Source: Malacoraja senta (lineage: Eukaryota). Taken from it: DNA of 64,000 nt. A model generated the notes under the pieces. That model was not told the DNA's origin and ran no database searches. It worked only from the letters and a program-made list of their open reading frames with translations. The translations under genes and the position numbers were made by a program. Positions 45,409 to 57,302 of the stretch are shown in pieces. The stretch covers positions 17,548,001 to 17,612,000 of the forward strand of contig CM075987.1 in NCBI GenBank assembly GCA_038087875.1, in the 5' to 3' direction. Position 1 is the first letter of the stretch. Each line of letters begins with the position of its first letter.

Positions 45409-47208
45409 GTGAGAGGGGAAAGATTTAATAGGAACCTGAGGGATAACTTTTTCACAGCAGATGGTGGGTATATGGAACGAGCTGCCAGAGGAGGTAGTTG
45501 TGGCAGGCACTATAACAATGTTTAAAGGATATATGGACTGGTACATGGATAGGAAATGTTTAGAGGGATATGGGCCAAACGCAGGCAGGTGGGACTAGCT
45601 TAGCTGGGGCAGTTAGCATGGGTGAGATTCCCACTTGCCAGCATTAGGCAACTTTGTAAGCTTCTGCCCGAGATCCATTGCAATCATTAATTACTCCTGT
45701 CAGCTACAGATGAATCATTGCTCCTCTTGGGCGTTTGTGCCTTAAAGGAATATCTCTCTTTTGCAAATTACATATTTGCAAATTGCGGGCAGGTGCAAAT
45801 TATATATTTGTTTAAGTGCATTTGTCTAAGTGCAGCTCCCTGCAGTGTGCTGGTTGTTAAACTAACCCATATTATTCTAATTCTCTCTTGATTGTTGAGC
45901 CAGTGCCCTGTGCCACCACTCCCATCTCTTTGGTGATCTCATCCCTCATTAGCATTGCTGCCTCACCACCTTCTGTCACAGTCACACAGCACGGAAACAG
46001 GCTCTTCGGCCCAAATGTGTAGGAAGAGACTGCAGATGCTGGTTTATACAAGGGCAGTTATAGAAACTGCAGATGCTGGTTTATAGTAATTCACTGGAAT
46101 TTAGAAGGATGAGGGGGGACCTTATAGAAACATATAAAATTATAAAAGGACTGGACAAGCTAGATGCAGGAAAAATGTTCCCAATGTTGGGCGAGTCCAG
46201 AACCAGGGGCCACAGTCTTAGAATAAAGGGGAGGTCATTTAAGACTGAGGTGAGAAAAAACTTTTTCACCCAGAGAGTTGTGAATTTGTGGAATTCCCTG
46301 CCACAGAGGGCAGTGGAGGCCAAGTCACTGGATGGATTTAAGAGAGAGTTAGATAGAGCTCTAGGGGCTAGTGGAATCAAGGGATATGGGGAGAAGGCAG
46401 GCACGGGTTGTTGATAGGGGATGATCAGCCATGATCACAATGAATGGCGGTGCTGGCTTGAAGGGCCGAATGGCCTCCTCCTGCACCTATTGTCTATGTT
46501 TCTATGTCTATCTTTCTATACCGAAGATAGACACAAAATGCTGGAGTAACTCAGTGGGGACAGGCAGCATCTATGGACAGAAGGAATGGGTGATGTTTTG
46601 GGTTGAGACCCTTTGGCCTAACTTTCCCATGTCAACCAAGATACCCCATCTACACTAGTCCCACCTGCCCGCATTTGGCCCATATCTCTCTAAATCTATC
46701 CTATCCATATAACCTTTTGTGTCTTTTAAATGTTGTTATGGTCCCAGCCTCAACTACCTCGTCTGGCAGCTTGTTCCATACACCCACCACCCTCTGCGTG
46801 GAAAAAGTTGTCCGTCAGGTTCCTATTAAACCTTTCCCCTCTTGTCTTAAACTTATGTCCTCTGGTCCTCGATTACCCTACTCTGGACAAGAGACTTTGT
46901 GCACCTACCCGATCTATTCCTCTCATGATTTTATACACCTCAATAAGATCACCCCTCATCCTCCTGCGCTCCATGGAATAGAGACCCAGCCTACTCAACC
47001 CTACAGCTCACACCCTCTGGCAACATCCTCGTAATTCTTCTCTGTACCCTAGAGGTCGTGTCTTATGAATTATGCATTCCAGCCCATCCCAAGTGCAGAA
47101 GAATCCAGTACATTTAGTTCCTGGTTTCTGTGCCCTGTGGCCACGGTTTTGTAATGAACATTCTGTCACATTCATTTACAATTTTTTTACAGTTCGTTTA
47201 TTGCCTTA

Positions 47209-48393
47209 AGGGCCAGTCCCACTTAGACGATTTTTTAGGCGACTTCAGGCCACTAGGCTGTTGCCACATGGTCGTGGATCGTCTCTTCAGTCGCCCAAAG
47301 AGTCGAAGCGTCTTTCTGGTCGCCGCTGGATTTTCAACAAGTTCAACATTTTTCGGCGACAGTGGGTTTGACGCCAATGAGCATAGTTTGACTTCTCCTG
47401 ATGTAGGTGCTGTCGTAGTTGTCGCCAGGTTAACTAAGGTTGTCTACCTTCGATTTTCCAGCATCTGCAGTTCCTTCTTAAACTAAGAAGGGTTTCGCTC
47501 CCGTAGATGCGGCTGAACCCGCTGAGTTTCTCCAGCATTTTTGTGTACCTTCGATTTTCCAGCATCTGCAGTTCCTTCTTAATAACTAAGGTTGTCGCCA
47601 GGTGACGTAGGTTGTCGCCGGTGCTGACTTCATTTTTTTTCGTGTCGAAGGGCGAGACCAGTCGCCGTTTTTTCGGTGACCTGCTTACGACTATGACAGT
47701 CGCCAGCAGTCGCCTAAAAATAGCCTAAGTGGGACAGGCCCATAATTAAGTCAAGAGTCAAGAGTGTTTTTTAGCGACTGCCAGCGACTGTCACAGTCGT
47801 AGCAGGTTGCCGAGAAACCGTCGACTGGATCCCTCCCCTACGACAATGTCCACAACAACCTACCACCTAGTCAACGGCAAGCAGGTTGCCGACAATCGGC
47901 GACCCATTAGGATGTCCATCTACGACCACACCTACGACAACCTACGACCACACCTACGACAACCTACGACAACCGAAGTGAACCTACGTCCACCCGCGAC
48001 AAGCTCGGACAAGCAACGACCTTGTCGGCGACAACTGAAGACAATTCAGTCGTCGGTACCTGTCGCCGGTTGACATAGCTTGACGAAGGTAGTCGCCAAT
48101 GGAATTCACCGAAGTCGGCACCAGCGACAACCTATGTCATCCTGGCGACAACCTACGGCAGTACCTACGTCAGGAGAAGTCAAGCTACGCTCATTGGCGT
48201 CAAACCCACTGTTGCCGACTGTCGCAGAAAATTTTGAATATGTTGCAAATCCAGCGGCGACCAGAAAGACGCTACGAATCTTTGGGCGACTGAGGAGATG
48301 ACTCACTACCATAAAGGCGACACCCCGGCGACCACGTGGCAACAGCCTAGTCGCCTGTAGTCGCCTAAAAAATACCCTAAGTGGGACAGCCCT
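47209..48393. mobile_element. Two related Harbinger MITEs in inverted orientation (47209-47742 and about 47770-48393)
   Basis: TIRs agggccagtcccactt / aagtgggacaggccca / aagtgggacagccct with TTA/TAA flanks; nested Penelope piece with TSD taactaaggttgtc (47431-47444, 47583-47596). Confidence 0.8.
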
Positions 48394-48982
48394 TAACTTG
48401 CTGCTGCGTAACAGAATATGCAAACATTGTATGATATGACGAACGAGAGAGAGAAAAAAATAGCTCAGTGTGTACATATGCATATACTCACAACATACCC
48501 ATATATATATATACACACACATACACACATACTCAAAACACAAACAAAACAGTGCAACAATAATAATAATAGTCTATGTTGTTCAGAGATTATTTGAGGT
48601 TGACATGTTTAATAGCCTGATGGCTGCAGGGAAGAAGCTGTTCCAGAACCAGGGGCCACAGTCTTAGAATAAAAGGGAGGTCATTTAAGACTGAGGTGAG
48701 AAAAAACGTTTTCACCCAGAGAGTTGTGAATTCATGGAATTCCCTGCCACAGAGGGCAGTGGAGGCCAAATCACTGGATGGATTTAAGAGAGAGTTAGAT
48801 AGAGCTCTAGGGGCTAGTGGAGTCAAGGGATATGGGGAGAAGGCAGGCACGGGTTATTGATAGGGGACGATCAGCCATGATCACAATGAATGGCGGTGCT
48901 GGCTCGAATGGCCGAATTGCCTCCTCCTGCACCTATTTTCTTTGTTTCTATGTTTCTAAGAACCTGGACGTTACAGTTCTTA

Positions 48983-49721
48983 TGGGCCTGTACCACTTAG
49001 GCAACTTTTTAGGCGACTGCAGGAGACTATTGCAGTCTCCACATGGTCGCCACATGTTCGCGGGTGGTTGCCGGGGAGTCGCCTTCATGGTCGTGAGGAG
49101 TTCCCGCATTCTGGGAACTGGTCGCGGCCTCATTGTGGACGCCGTGAATTTTTCAACATGTTGAAAAATTAGCGCCGACTAGAATGAAGTCGCCATGGAG
49201 TGTAGCGAGAATTCTCGTGCCGTAGGTGGGTCGCCAGGAGGTCGAAGGTTGTCGTAGGTTGTCGTAGTTTTCAGTCATTTTCTCGTAGAAAACAGTCGTT
49301 TTCAGAACCAAGGATAACCGACCGGTAATGTTAAATTCCGCTGAGCTTCACAGCCGTGTATCTCTGGCTTCTTAAAAGTTGTCTCCACTCCTTCTCCCCC
49401 CTTCTCCCCCTTCTACCCCCCCCACTCCCCCTCCTCTCCCCCCCTCTTTTAAAGGACTTACGTGGCCCTTCCCGTACACTGTGCTTTCACCGTCTTAATT
49501 ACAGCGCCAAACTTCCTGTTCATCGCAGTGTATGTCTATCACATTGGCTTTGCACCGTGTGAATTTCACTCAGACAGCGCTCCCCCCGCTTGCCCTGTCC
49601 CCCGTCTGCATAATTGGCTGGTGAAGGAAGCGATGTGTGTGTGTGTGTGTGTGTGTGTTTGACAGTCGCCGTTCCAGCCACCGGCAGTCGCCTGAAAAAT
49701 CGCCTAAGTGGGACAGGCCCA
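48983..49721. mobile_element. Harbinger MITE (739 bp) inserted in a Rex1 3' fragment
   Basis: TIR tgggcctgtaccacttaggc / gcctaagtgggacaggccca; TSD TTA. Confidence 0.87.
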
Positions 49722-50048
49722 TTAGGTTCCTGTACCTTCTTCCCGATGGCAGGGGAGAGATGAGTGTGTGGCCTGGATGGTGTGGGTCTTTGATGATGCT
49801 GCCAGCCTTTTTGAGGCAGTGCGATAGATCCCCTCAATGGTGGGGAGGTCGGAGCCGGTGATGGACTGGGCAGTGGTCACTACTTTTTGCAGTTTTTTTC
49901 TGCTCCTTCACGTTCCAGTTCCTGAACCAGGCCACGATGCAACCAATCAGTACGTGAATATTTAGTTACAACACTCGTAACTCTGCCCAGCTGATATTTT
50001 TAAATACGTTTTGCCTGCCTTTGTTCTTGTCTGGTTATTTTGTTTTCC

Positions 50049-53000
50049 TTTTTTTAATTTTTTTAATTATTTTTTATTTTTTTATTTTTATTTATTAGAA
50101 GTACATTACATTACAACCACATACATTAATACTCGTCATTTATATCTTCTTACAATTAATGTACTCCCTTTATTTATTTTTTTACACTAGAAAAGGAAAA
50201 GATTGAAAGAAAGAAGAAAGTGAAGGAAAAAGTGAAAGTGTAGAAAAGTGTAGAAAATGTAACAACAAAAAAGGACGAAGACCCTATAAGAGCGAAATTA
50301 AAAACAAAAGAAAAAGAGTTAAGAAATAGGCCCTAGGAAAAAAAAGAGAAAGAGAGGAAAAAAAAAAGAAAAATAAATATTTTTTTGAGCATTACATAAA
50401 TAGGACATACCAACTCTTCAACTATCATCCCCCCTTACCTGACCTCAATTTTTTATTTTTTTTTAAGTACTTTTGCACCCTATGTTTGTAATAATTCTAT
50501 AAATGCAGACCACGTCAGGTGGAAGTGATCTGGTTTACCTGCTAGGAGGAGTCTTATCTCTTCTAGGTGTAATGTTTCAAACATATTTGAAATCCACATA
50601 TTTATAGTTGGTATTGGAGCCTTCTTCCAAAATTTTAGAATTAGCTTTTTTCCAGTTATTAACCCATAGTCCATTAATTTCTTTTGAAACACATTTATTT
50701 TTGGATCATCTTCCGTTATTCCGAAGATAATCCATTCTGCTTTGGGTATCAGTCTTGTTTTAAATAACTTTGTAAAGATTTCAAAAATTTCATTCCAAAA
50801 TTTTTGAATTTTTGTACAGAAGACGAATGAGTGCGCTTCTTGGGATTGACATTTATCACAAATAGATGATACATTTGGGAACATTTTATGAATTTTAGTT
50901 TTCGAATAATATAATCTATGTAAAATTTTAAATTGTGTTAAGGTGTGTCTTACATTAATCGAGCATTTATGCACGTTTAATAAGTATTCATTCCAACTTT
51001 CCTTTGAAATTTTAATAGCTAACTCTTGTTCCCAGTCTCTTCTGATACCCTCCGTAGGTGGTATTTGTACATTTAAAATAATATTATACAAATATGATAT
51101 TAAGTTTGCTGATTCCGCTTTTATCTGCATTGCCTCGTCCAATACATGTACTGGGTTATTATAATGATCTTTTGTATATTTTTTCAAATAGTCGCATATT
51201 TGAAAATATTTAAAATATTGATTATTTCCGAGTTTATATTTTATTTGTAATTGTTGAAATGAAAGTAATTTTCCAGTTTCATACAAGTCACCAACCGTTT
51301 TAATTCCTAGTCTATCCCATTGTGTATAAGTTTTATCTATAATAGAAGGACTAAACGAAAGGTTATTGACTATAGGTAATAAAAGTGATAAATTTCTTAA
51401 TTTTAAATTTTGTTTTATTTGTTTCCAAATACGGATTGTACTATAAATAATTGGGTTCTTATTATAATTTTTGTTATTCAGTTTCATTGGAGAGAGGAGG
51501 ATCGCTCCAATGTTTCTAGAGGAGCAATCCTCTTTCTCCATTACAATCCAGTCTACTTGCTGGGTGGAGTTATCCATCAGTTGAATCATGTTTTTAATAT
51601 TTACTGACCAATAATAATACATAAAATTAGGTAGTGCTAAACCCCCCAATACTTTAGGTTTATTCAGATGAGTTTTTTGTATTCTATGTGATTTATAGTC
51701 CCATATAAAATTAGTGATATCTGAGTCGAGTTTTTTAAAAAACTTCTTAGGTAAGTATATAGGAATTGATTGAAATAGGTATAAAATTTGTGGTAAAAAG
51801 ATCATTTTTATTGCGTTTATTCGGCCTATTAAAGACATCGGGAGCGTTTTCCAGAATTTAATTAGTGTATTTAATTTATTAAGTAGGGGGTCAAAATTTG
51901 CCCTGAACATACCTTGATATGTTCTGGTAATTTCGATTCCCAAATATTTAAATTTTTCTGTAGCTATTTTAAAAGGGAATTTTAAAAGATGTGTTGAATC
52001 TTTCGGTTTTATTGACATAATTTCACTTTTATTCCAATTTATTCTATATCCAGAAAAAGATCCAAAGTCTTCAATTAAATTTAATATATTTGGTATAGTG
52101 ATTTGAGGTTTTGTAATATACAGTAATATATCATCCGCGTATGAAGATATTTTATTATATGAGTCTTTGGTATTATATCCATGAATATCAGGGTGTATTC
52201 TAATTTTTTCTGCTAGCGGTTCAATAATGAGAGCAAACAGCTGTGGTGATAATGAGCATCCTTGTCTATTTCCCCTTGATAGTTGAAATTTCGAGGATAA
52301 TATGTTATTAGTTAGTATTCTAGCTGTAGGTTTGTTATATAGTAACTTAATCCATAAAATAAAATTCTCTCCCAGTTGAAATTTTTGTAATACTTTATCC
52401 ATATAATTCCATTCTACTTGATCAAATGCTTTTTCAGCATCCAGCGAAATAATTGATAATTCTTGATCTTCAGATTTGTGTGAGTGCATTATGTTGAGTA
52501 GACGTCTCGTATTATTAGAAGAATATCTCTTAGGGATAAACCCTGTCTGATCTGGGTTTATTAATTTACTAATGTATTTACTTAATCTTCTAGCTAATGT
52601 TTTCGCTAATATTTTTTGATCTGTGTTTAACAATGCTATAGCTCTATATGAGCCAGGTTCTTCTAAATCCTTATTTTTCTTAGGTATTAATGTAATCGTT
52701 GATTCCGCTAATGTATCAGGTAGTATTCGTTTTTTAAAAGCGTATTGGTACATTTTTTGTAATCTTGGTATTATTTTATCATAAAAGCTTTTATAAAATT
52801 CATTAGTAAATCCATCAGGGCCTGGTGTTTTTCCATTCTTTAGTGAGTTTATTGTATCTTCTAATTCCTTAATTGAGATTTGTGCACCCAGTTCCTCTTG
52901 TTCCTTCAGCTCTAACTTTGGAAGATTACAGGTATCCAAGAACTTTGTGATATTATTGGAATCAATTATCGTTTTAGATGTATACAAATTCTCGTAAAAT

Positions 53001-55371
53001 TGCGCAAATCTTTTATTAATATCCTTCGGTGTTGTTAATAATTCCCCTTTATCTGATTTGATCTTTGGTATAGTATGTTCCTTTTCTCGTTTTTTTAGCT
53101 GGCGAGCCAAAAGTTTATGCGGTTTATCCCCAAATTCAAAGTGCTCTTGTTTTGTAATTTGAAAAAGTCTTATAAGTTTGGCAGATAATAATTTATTTAA
53201 TTTAAATTTTAAAATTATTATTTTATTATGTTTATCTATTGATGGATCTTTAGCATTATCTATATCCATTTGTCTAATAAGTTCTTCTAACTGTCTTTGT
53301 TCATTCTTATTCTTTTTATTTTGAAAAGCTTGATATGAAATTATAATACCCCTAATGTATGCTTTAAAAGATTCCCAAAATAAAGTAGGCGATATATCTG
53401 AAGTATCATTTGTTTGAAAAAAGACCTCCATTTGTTCTTTTAAATATATACTCGCTTGTGGATCTTTTAAAATTTGAGAATTAAATCTCCAGAACGATTT
53501 ATTCTTAGACAATCCTTCCAGTTTTAAAAAGAAAGTTAGTGGAGAATGGTCTGAAATTGAATTTGTGTGGTATATTGCATTAGATGTTTGGGGGATTAAT
53601 TTTGTATCCAGCAGAAAGTAGTCTATACGTGAGTATGTCTTATGTACCATTGAGTAAAACGAGTATTCCCTGCCAGTTGGATTAACAATTCTCCAAACAT
53701 CTGCTATATTAGTGTTATTTATATAGGTATTGAGGAGTTCCCCAGTTTTCGATTTCATATTCCCTCTCTGTTTTTGACTTGATTTATCTAAGTACGGATC
53801 TAAAACACAGTTAAAGTCTCCTCCTATTATAACATTTTGATAGTTTGACTCTGCAATTATGTTGAAAATTTTATTGAAAAAGTGGGGGTTATCAAAGTTA
53901 GGGGCATATATATTTACCAAAGTAAGTGGAGTGTCATGGATTTCTCCATTAACTATTAGGTATCTCCCTTCTATATTAGTTATGATATTCTTTGCTTTAA
54001 ATGGTATACCTTTTCTTATGATGATTGACGTGCCTCTAGATTTTGAAGTAAATGAAGAGTGGTATGTTTGACCTATCCATTTCGCCCTCAGCCTAACTTG
54101 ATCCTGAGGTTTTAGGTGTGTTTCTTGTAGGAAGGTAATGTCAGAGTTGTACAGTTTCAGCTGAGCTAGTATCTTACCCCTTTTAATAGGTTCGTTAATA
54201 CCTCTTATATTCCAACTACAAAATGAGATTCCTCCTAGGTTCTTTTGTGTGGTGTCATGCATTTTGAATAATTATAGTACCTTTGAATCTTGTGGTGCAT
54301 CCATATCCCAGGTCTTTAGGTATTGGGGGAGTTTTTGAATTATTAAATTTTGCTGGTATGTCCATTTTACGCTTATCACTAAACACAAAACACAAACAAG
54401 TGATTTTATGTGGTAAAAAAACCCCTAAAAAAGTGAGGTTACAGTGTCTGATATAGTCGGCACTGCAGCGAGTGTCCCACCTGTAGGTGGGAAAAAACCT
54501 TGTTTTGACTTCCATTGCGTTGTTACACAAATAGCTCCGCTCTCTTAGTTAATCATAACATATTAAAATATTAAAAGGAGGCCTCACATTCAGATATATA
54601 ATACAATTTTACCCTGATATTTCCTTATAACATATATATATATCGGAGTTTTAACTACTAATTATTAAACCAATATTTTTGACTTCAATAAGAATCAACT
54701 GTTGGTTGAAGGGGTTAACGAGACGTGCCCCTGGACCTATGCCAGGTGCTCGTTTCTCATCCCCTCCTCCCACTTATAGATAAGGTTACAATTTATTAAA
54801 AATTCATATTAGTATGTTAGTTCATTATTTTTTATTTTTGTTTTTGTTAGTATTCTAATCTAACCTGCATAACTTGTTAAGTTGTTAATAGGATAAGTTC
54901 TTACAATTGGTTATAATATTTTAATCAATAAGCAATTATTTTCTGGTTTATATTCCATCTGTTCAGTTGTTTACACGTTTTGAACAGAAAATGTCCTTGA
55001 TTCAACATTCCAAAGATAACAGTGTAACTATCCCCAGACAAAGCATTGCTTAGAATGGTTCAGAACTGCCAAAACTCCCTTTCATTTCTATTTTTCAACG
55101 ATAGTTTGGGCATATTTGAATGCGTCTTCAGGCTTAACAAATGACTTTTCAAGACCATTAAAGGAAATACGCATTTTCGCGGGATAAAAAACCCCAAATC
55201 TGATCCCTTCTCTCCCTCTTAAAAGATCTTTAACCTTATCAAATTTGTTTCTTTTTTGCACAATTTCATACGGGTAGTCCCTGAATATCTTAATAGTGTC
55301 CTTGTCCAGCCGCAGTTGTACACCGTATTTGATTTTGCTCATAACATATTCCAGTTCTACAGTATCCCGAA
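50049..55371 (-). mobile_element. L1, 5'-truncated within ORF1, same family as 20778-27049
   Basis: TSD attttgttttcc at 50037-50048 and 55372-55383; A-rich tail; ORF1 C-terminal remnant 55088-55371. Confidence 0.95.
50480..54262 (-). CDS. L1 ORF2p (open, with a 3-aa deletion in the CCHC motif)
   Basis: 1260 aa, nearly identical to 22849..26640; SYADD instead of LYADD; TIA missing between C2 and H. Confidence 0.92.
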   Translation of the reverse strand: MHDTTQKNLGGISFCSWNIRGINEPIKRGKILAQLKLYNSDITFLQETHLKPQDQVRLRAKWIGQTYHSSFTSKSRGTSIIIRKGIPFKAKNIITNIEGRYLIVNGEIHDTPLTLVNIYAPNFDNPHFFNKIFNIIAESNYQNVIIGGDFNCVLDPYLDKSSQKQRGNMKSKTGELLNTYINNTNIADVWRIVNPTGREYSFYSMVHKTYSRIDYFLLDTKLIPQTSNAIYHTNSISDHSPLTFFLKLEGLSKNKSFWRFNSQILKDPQASIYLKEQMEVFFQTNDTSDISPTLFWESFKAYIRGIIISYQAFQNKKNKNEQRQLEELIRQMDIDNAKDPSIDKHNKIIILKFKLNKLLSAKLIRLFQITKQEHFEFGDKPHKLLARQLKKREKEHTIPKIKSDKGELLTTPKDINKRFAQFYENLYTSKTIIDSNNITKFLDTCNLPKLELKEQEELGAQISIKELEDTINSLKNGKTPGPDGFTNEFYKSFYDKIIPRLQKMYQYAFKKRILPDTLAESTITLIPKKNKDLEEPGSYRAIALLNTDQKILAKTLARRLSKYISKLINPDQTGFIPKRYSSNNTRRLLNIMHSHKSEDQELSIISLDAEKAFDQVEWNYMDKVLQKFQLGENFILWIKLLYNKPTARILTNNILSSKFQLSRGNRQGCSLSPQLFALIIEPLAEKIRIHPDIHGYNTKDSYNKISSYADDILLYITKPQITIPNILNLIEDFGSFSGYRINWNKSEIMSIKPKDSTHLLKFPFKIATEKFKYLGIEITRTYQGMFRANFDPLLNKLNTLIKFWKTLPMSLIGRINAIKMIFLPQILYLFQSIPIYLPKKFFKKLDSDITNFIWDYKSHRIQKTHLNKPKVLGGLALPNFMYYYWSVNIKNMIQLMDNSTQQVDWIVMEKEDCSSRNIGAILLSPMKLNNKNYNKNPIIYSTIRIWKQIKQNLKLRNLSLLLPIVNNLSFSPSIIDKTYTQWDRLGIKTVGDLYETGKLLSFQQLQIKYKLGNNQYFKYFQICDYLKKYTKDHYNNPVHVLDEAMQIKAESANLISYLYNIILNVQIPPTEGIRRDWEQELAIKISKESWNEYLLNVHKCSINVRHTLTQFKILHRLYYSKTKIHKMFPNVSSICDKCQSQEAHSFVFCTKIQKFWNEIFEIFTKLFKTRLIPKAEWIIFGITEDDPKINVFQKKLMDYGLITGKKLILKFWKKAPIPTINMWISNMFETLHLEEIRLLLAGKPDHFHLTWSAFIELLQT

Positions 55372-55551
55372 ATTTTGTTTTCCACTTCCAACTTTCACAT
55401 CTATCTGAACGCAAAGGATGCCATTAATTTGGGAAAGGGTGTAGGAGCGATTCACCCTGGGCTTGTGGGAGACGCTGCATAGGCTGGGACTTTGTTCTTT
55501 GGAGCGAGGGAGGCTGAGGGGTGACAATATTGAGGTGTACATGATCATGAG

Positions 55552-55785
55552 GGTTGCGGCTGCTGGGACCAGGGTTAGGTAGCTGGGTTTGCTGGGACCA
55601 GGGTTGCGTCTGCTGGTATCACTGGGACCAACGGTGGGTCTGCTGAGACCAGGGTTGGGTCTGCTGGGTTTGCTGGGACCAGGGTTGGGTCTGCTGTTGT
55701 CACTGGAACCAGTGGTGGGTCTGCTGGGACCAGTGGTGGGTCTGCTTGGACCAGTGGTGGGTCTGCTGGAGGTGCTGGGACCCTT
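55552..55785. repeat. 21/30-bp minisatellite with codon-multiple units (minus frame GPSRPTT / GPSKPSRPNP)
   Basis: Units ggtcccagcagacccaccact and 9-nt-longer variants. Confidence 0.8.
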
Positions 55786-56139
55786 TGCTGAAACTTGCTG
55801 GAAATTTGTGTCCACGTTATCAGGCAAATAAACTTTAAAATAATGTCATTGTTTCAATATTTAGTTATGGAAGAAGGAAGTCACAATGCAGCTTTATGGG
55901 ACTTTGGTCAGTCCACGTGGAGTATTGCGTGCAGTTCTTGTCGCCCCCATTACAGGAAGGATGTGGAGGCTTTGGAGAGGGTGCAGAGGTGATTTACCAG
56001 AATGATGCCTGGATTAGACAGTTTCAGCTACAGGCCTTGGATTGTTTTCTTATACGACAGAGATTGAGGGAAGATTTGATAGAAATATGTAAAATGTTGA
56101 GATATGGATAGGGTGGACAGAACCTTTTCCCCAGAGCAA

Positions 56140-56720
56140 AGAGGTTCTTCTACCGTTGTACAGGGCCATGGTGAGACCACACCTGGAGTATTGTGTGCAG
56201 TTTTGGTCCCCTAATTTGAGGAAGTGCAGCGTAGGTTTACAAGGTTAATTCCCGGGAGGGCGGGACTGTCATATGCTGAGAGAATGGAGCAGCTGGGCTT
56301 GTACACTCGGGTGTTTAGAAGGATGAGAGGATATCTTATTGAAATATATAAGATTGTTAAAGGTTTGGACATGCTAGAGGCAGGAAACATGTTCCCGATG
56401 TTGGGGGAGTCCAGAACCAGGGGCCACAGTTTAAGAATAAGGAGTAAGCCATTTAGAATGTAGCCGAGGAAACACTTTCTCACAGAGAGTTGTGAGTCTG
56501 TGGAATTCTCTGCCTCAAAGGGCTGTGGAGGCCGGTTCTCTGGATACTTTCAAAAGATAGCTAGATAGGGCTCTTACAGATAGTGGAGTCAGGGGATATG
56601 GGGAGAAGGCAGGAACGGGGTACTGATTGGGGATGATCAGCCATGATCACATTGAATGGCGGTGCTGGCTCGAAGGGCCGAATAGCCTACTCCTGCACCT
56701 ATTGTCTATTGTCTATTTTC
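56140..56720 (+). mobile_element. CR1 3' fragment nested in an older CR1
   Basis: [19 protein letters not shown]...; (ctattgt)n tail. Confidence 0.8.
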
Positions 56721-57302
56721 TATTTATTGAAATGTCCAACACTGGAGAGCATAACTTTAAAGTGAGAGGGGGAAGTTTAACGGAGATGTGTGGGGCAGGT
56801 TTTTACACAGAGGGTGGTGGGTGCCTGGAACGCGCTGCCAGGGTTGGTGGTGGAGGCAGATACGATTGTGGCGTTTAAGAAGCTTTTAGATTGGCACATG
56901 GAGGCGTGCCAATCAGAAACCTTGGCTAACTGGGGAAGTTGGTTCTCTATTGAGAGCCCGGAATGCTGCATTAAAATCTGGGGACAATGCAGCATACAAG
57001 TTGGCACGGAGTAATCGGTCCCGGGGGATCAGGGAAGCGAAGAGGCTGTATGTACAAAAACTGAACAGCTACTTCGCAGACGACAAAGACGCACGTCGCT
57101 TGTGGCAGGGATTCCATACCATCACTGACTACAAGCCCCCCCCACTGCGGATATGCCAAAATGACCCCTCTCTACCAGACAAACTGAACGAGTGTTACGC
57201 TTGTTTTGAGGGTAAAAATACCACCCAGATACATGCACTCCTGCCATCACCCAGCGACCAGTCACTCACACTGTCCACAGCCGGAGTTAAAAAGGCCTTT
57301 GT

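Noticed and set aside
20778..55371. The two L1s as arms of one inverted segmental duplication
   Set aside because: Different TSDs, different flanks and different 5' ends show independent insertions.
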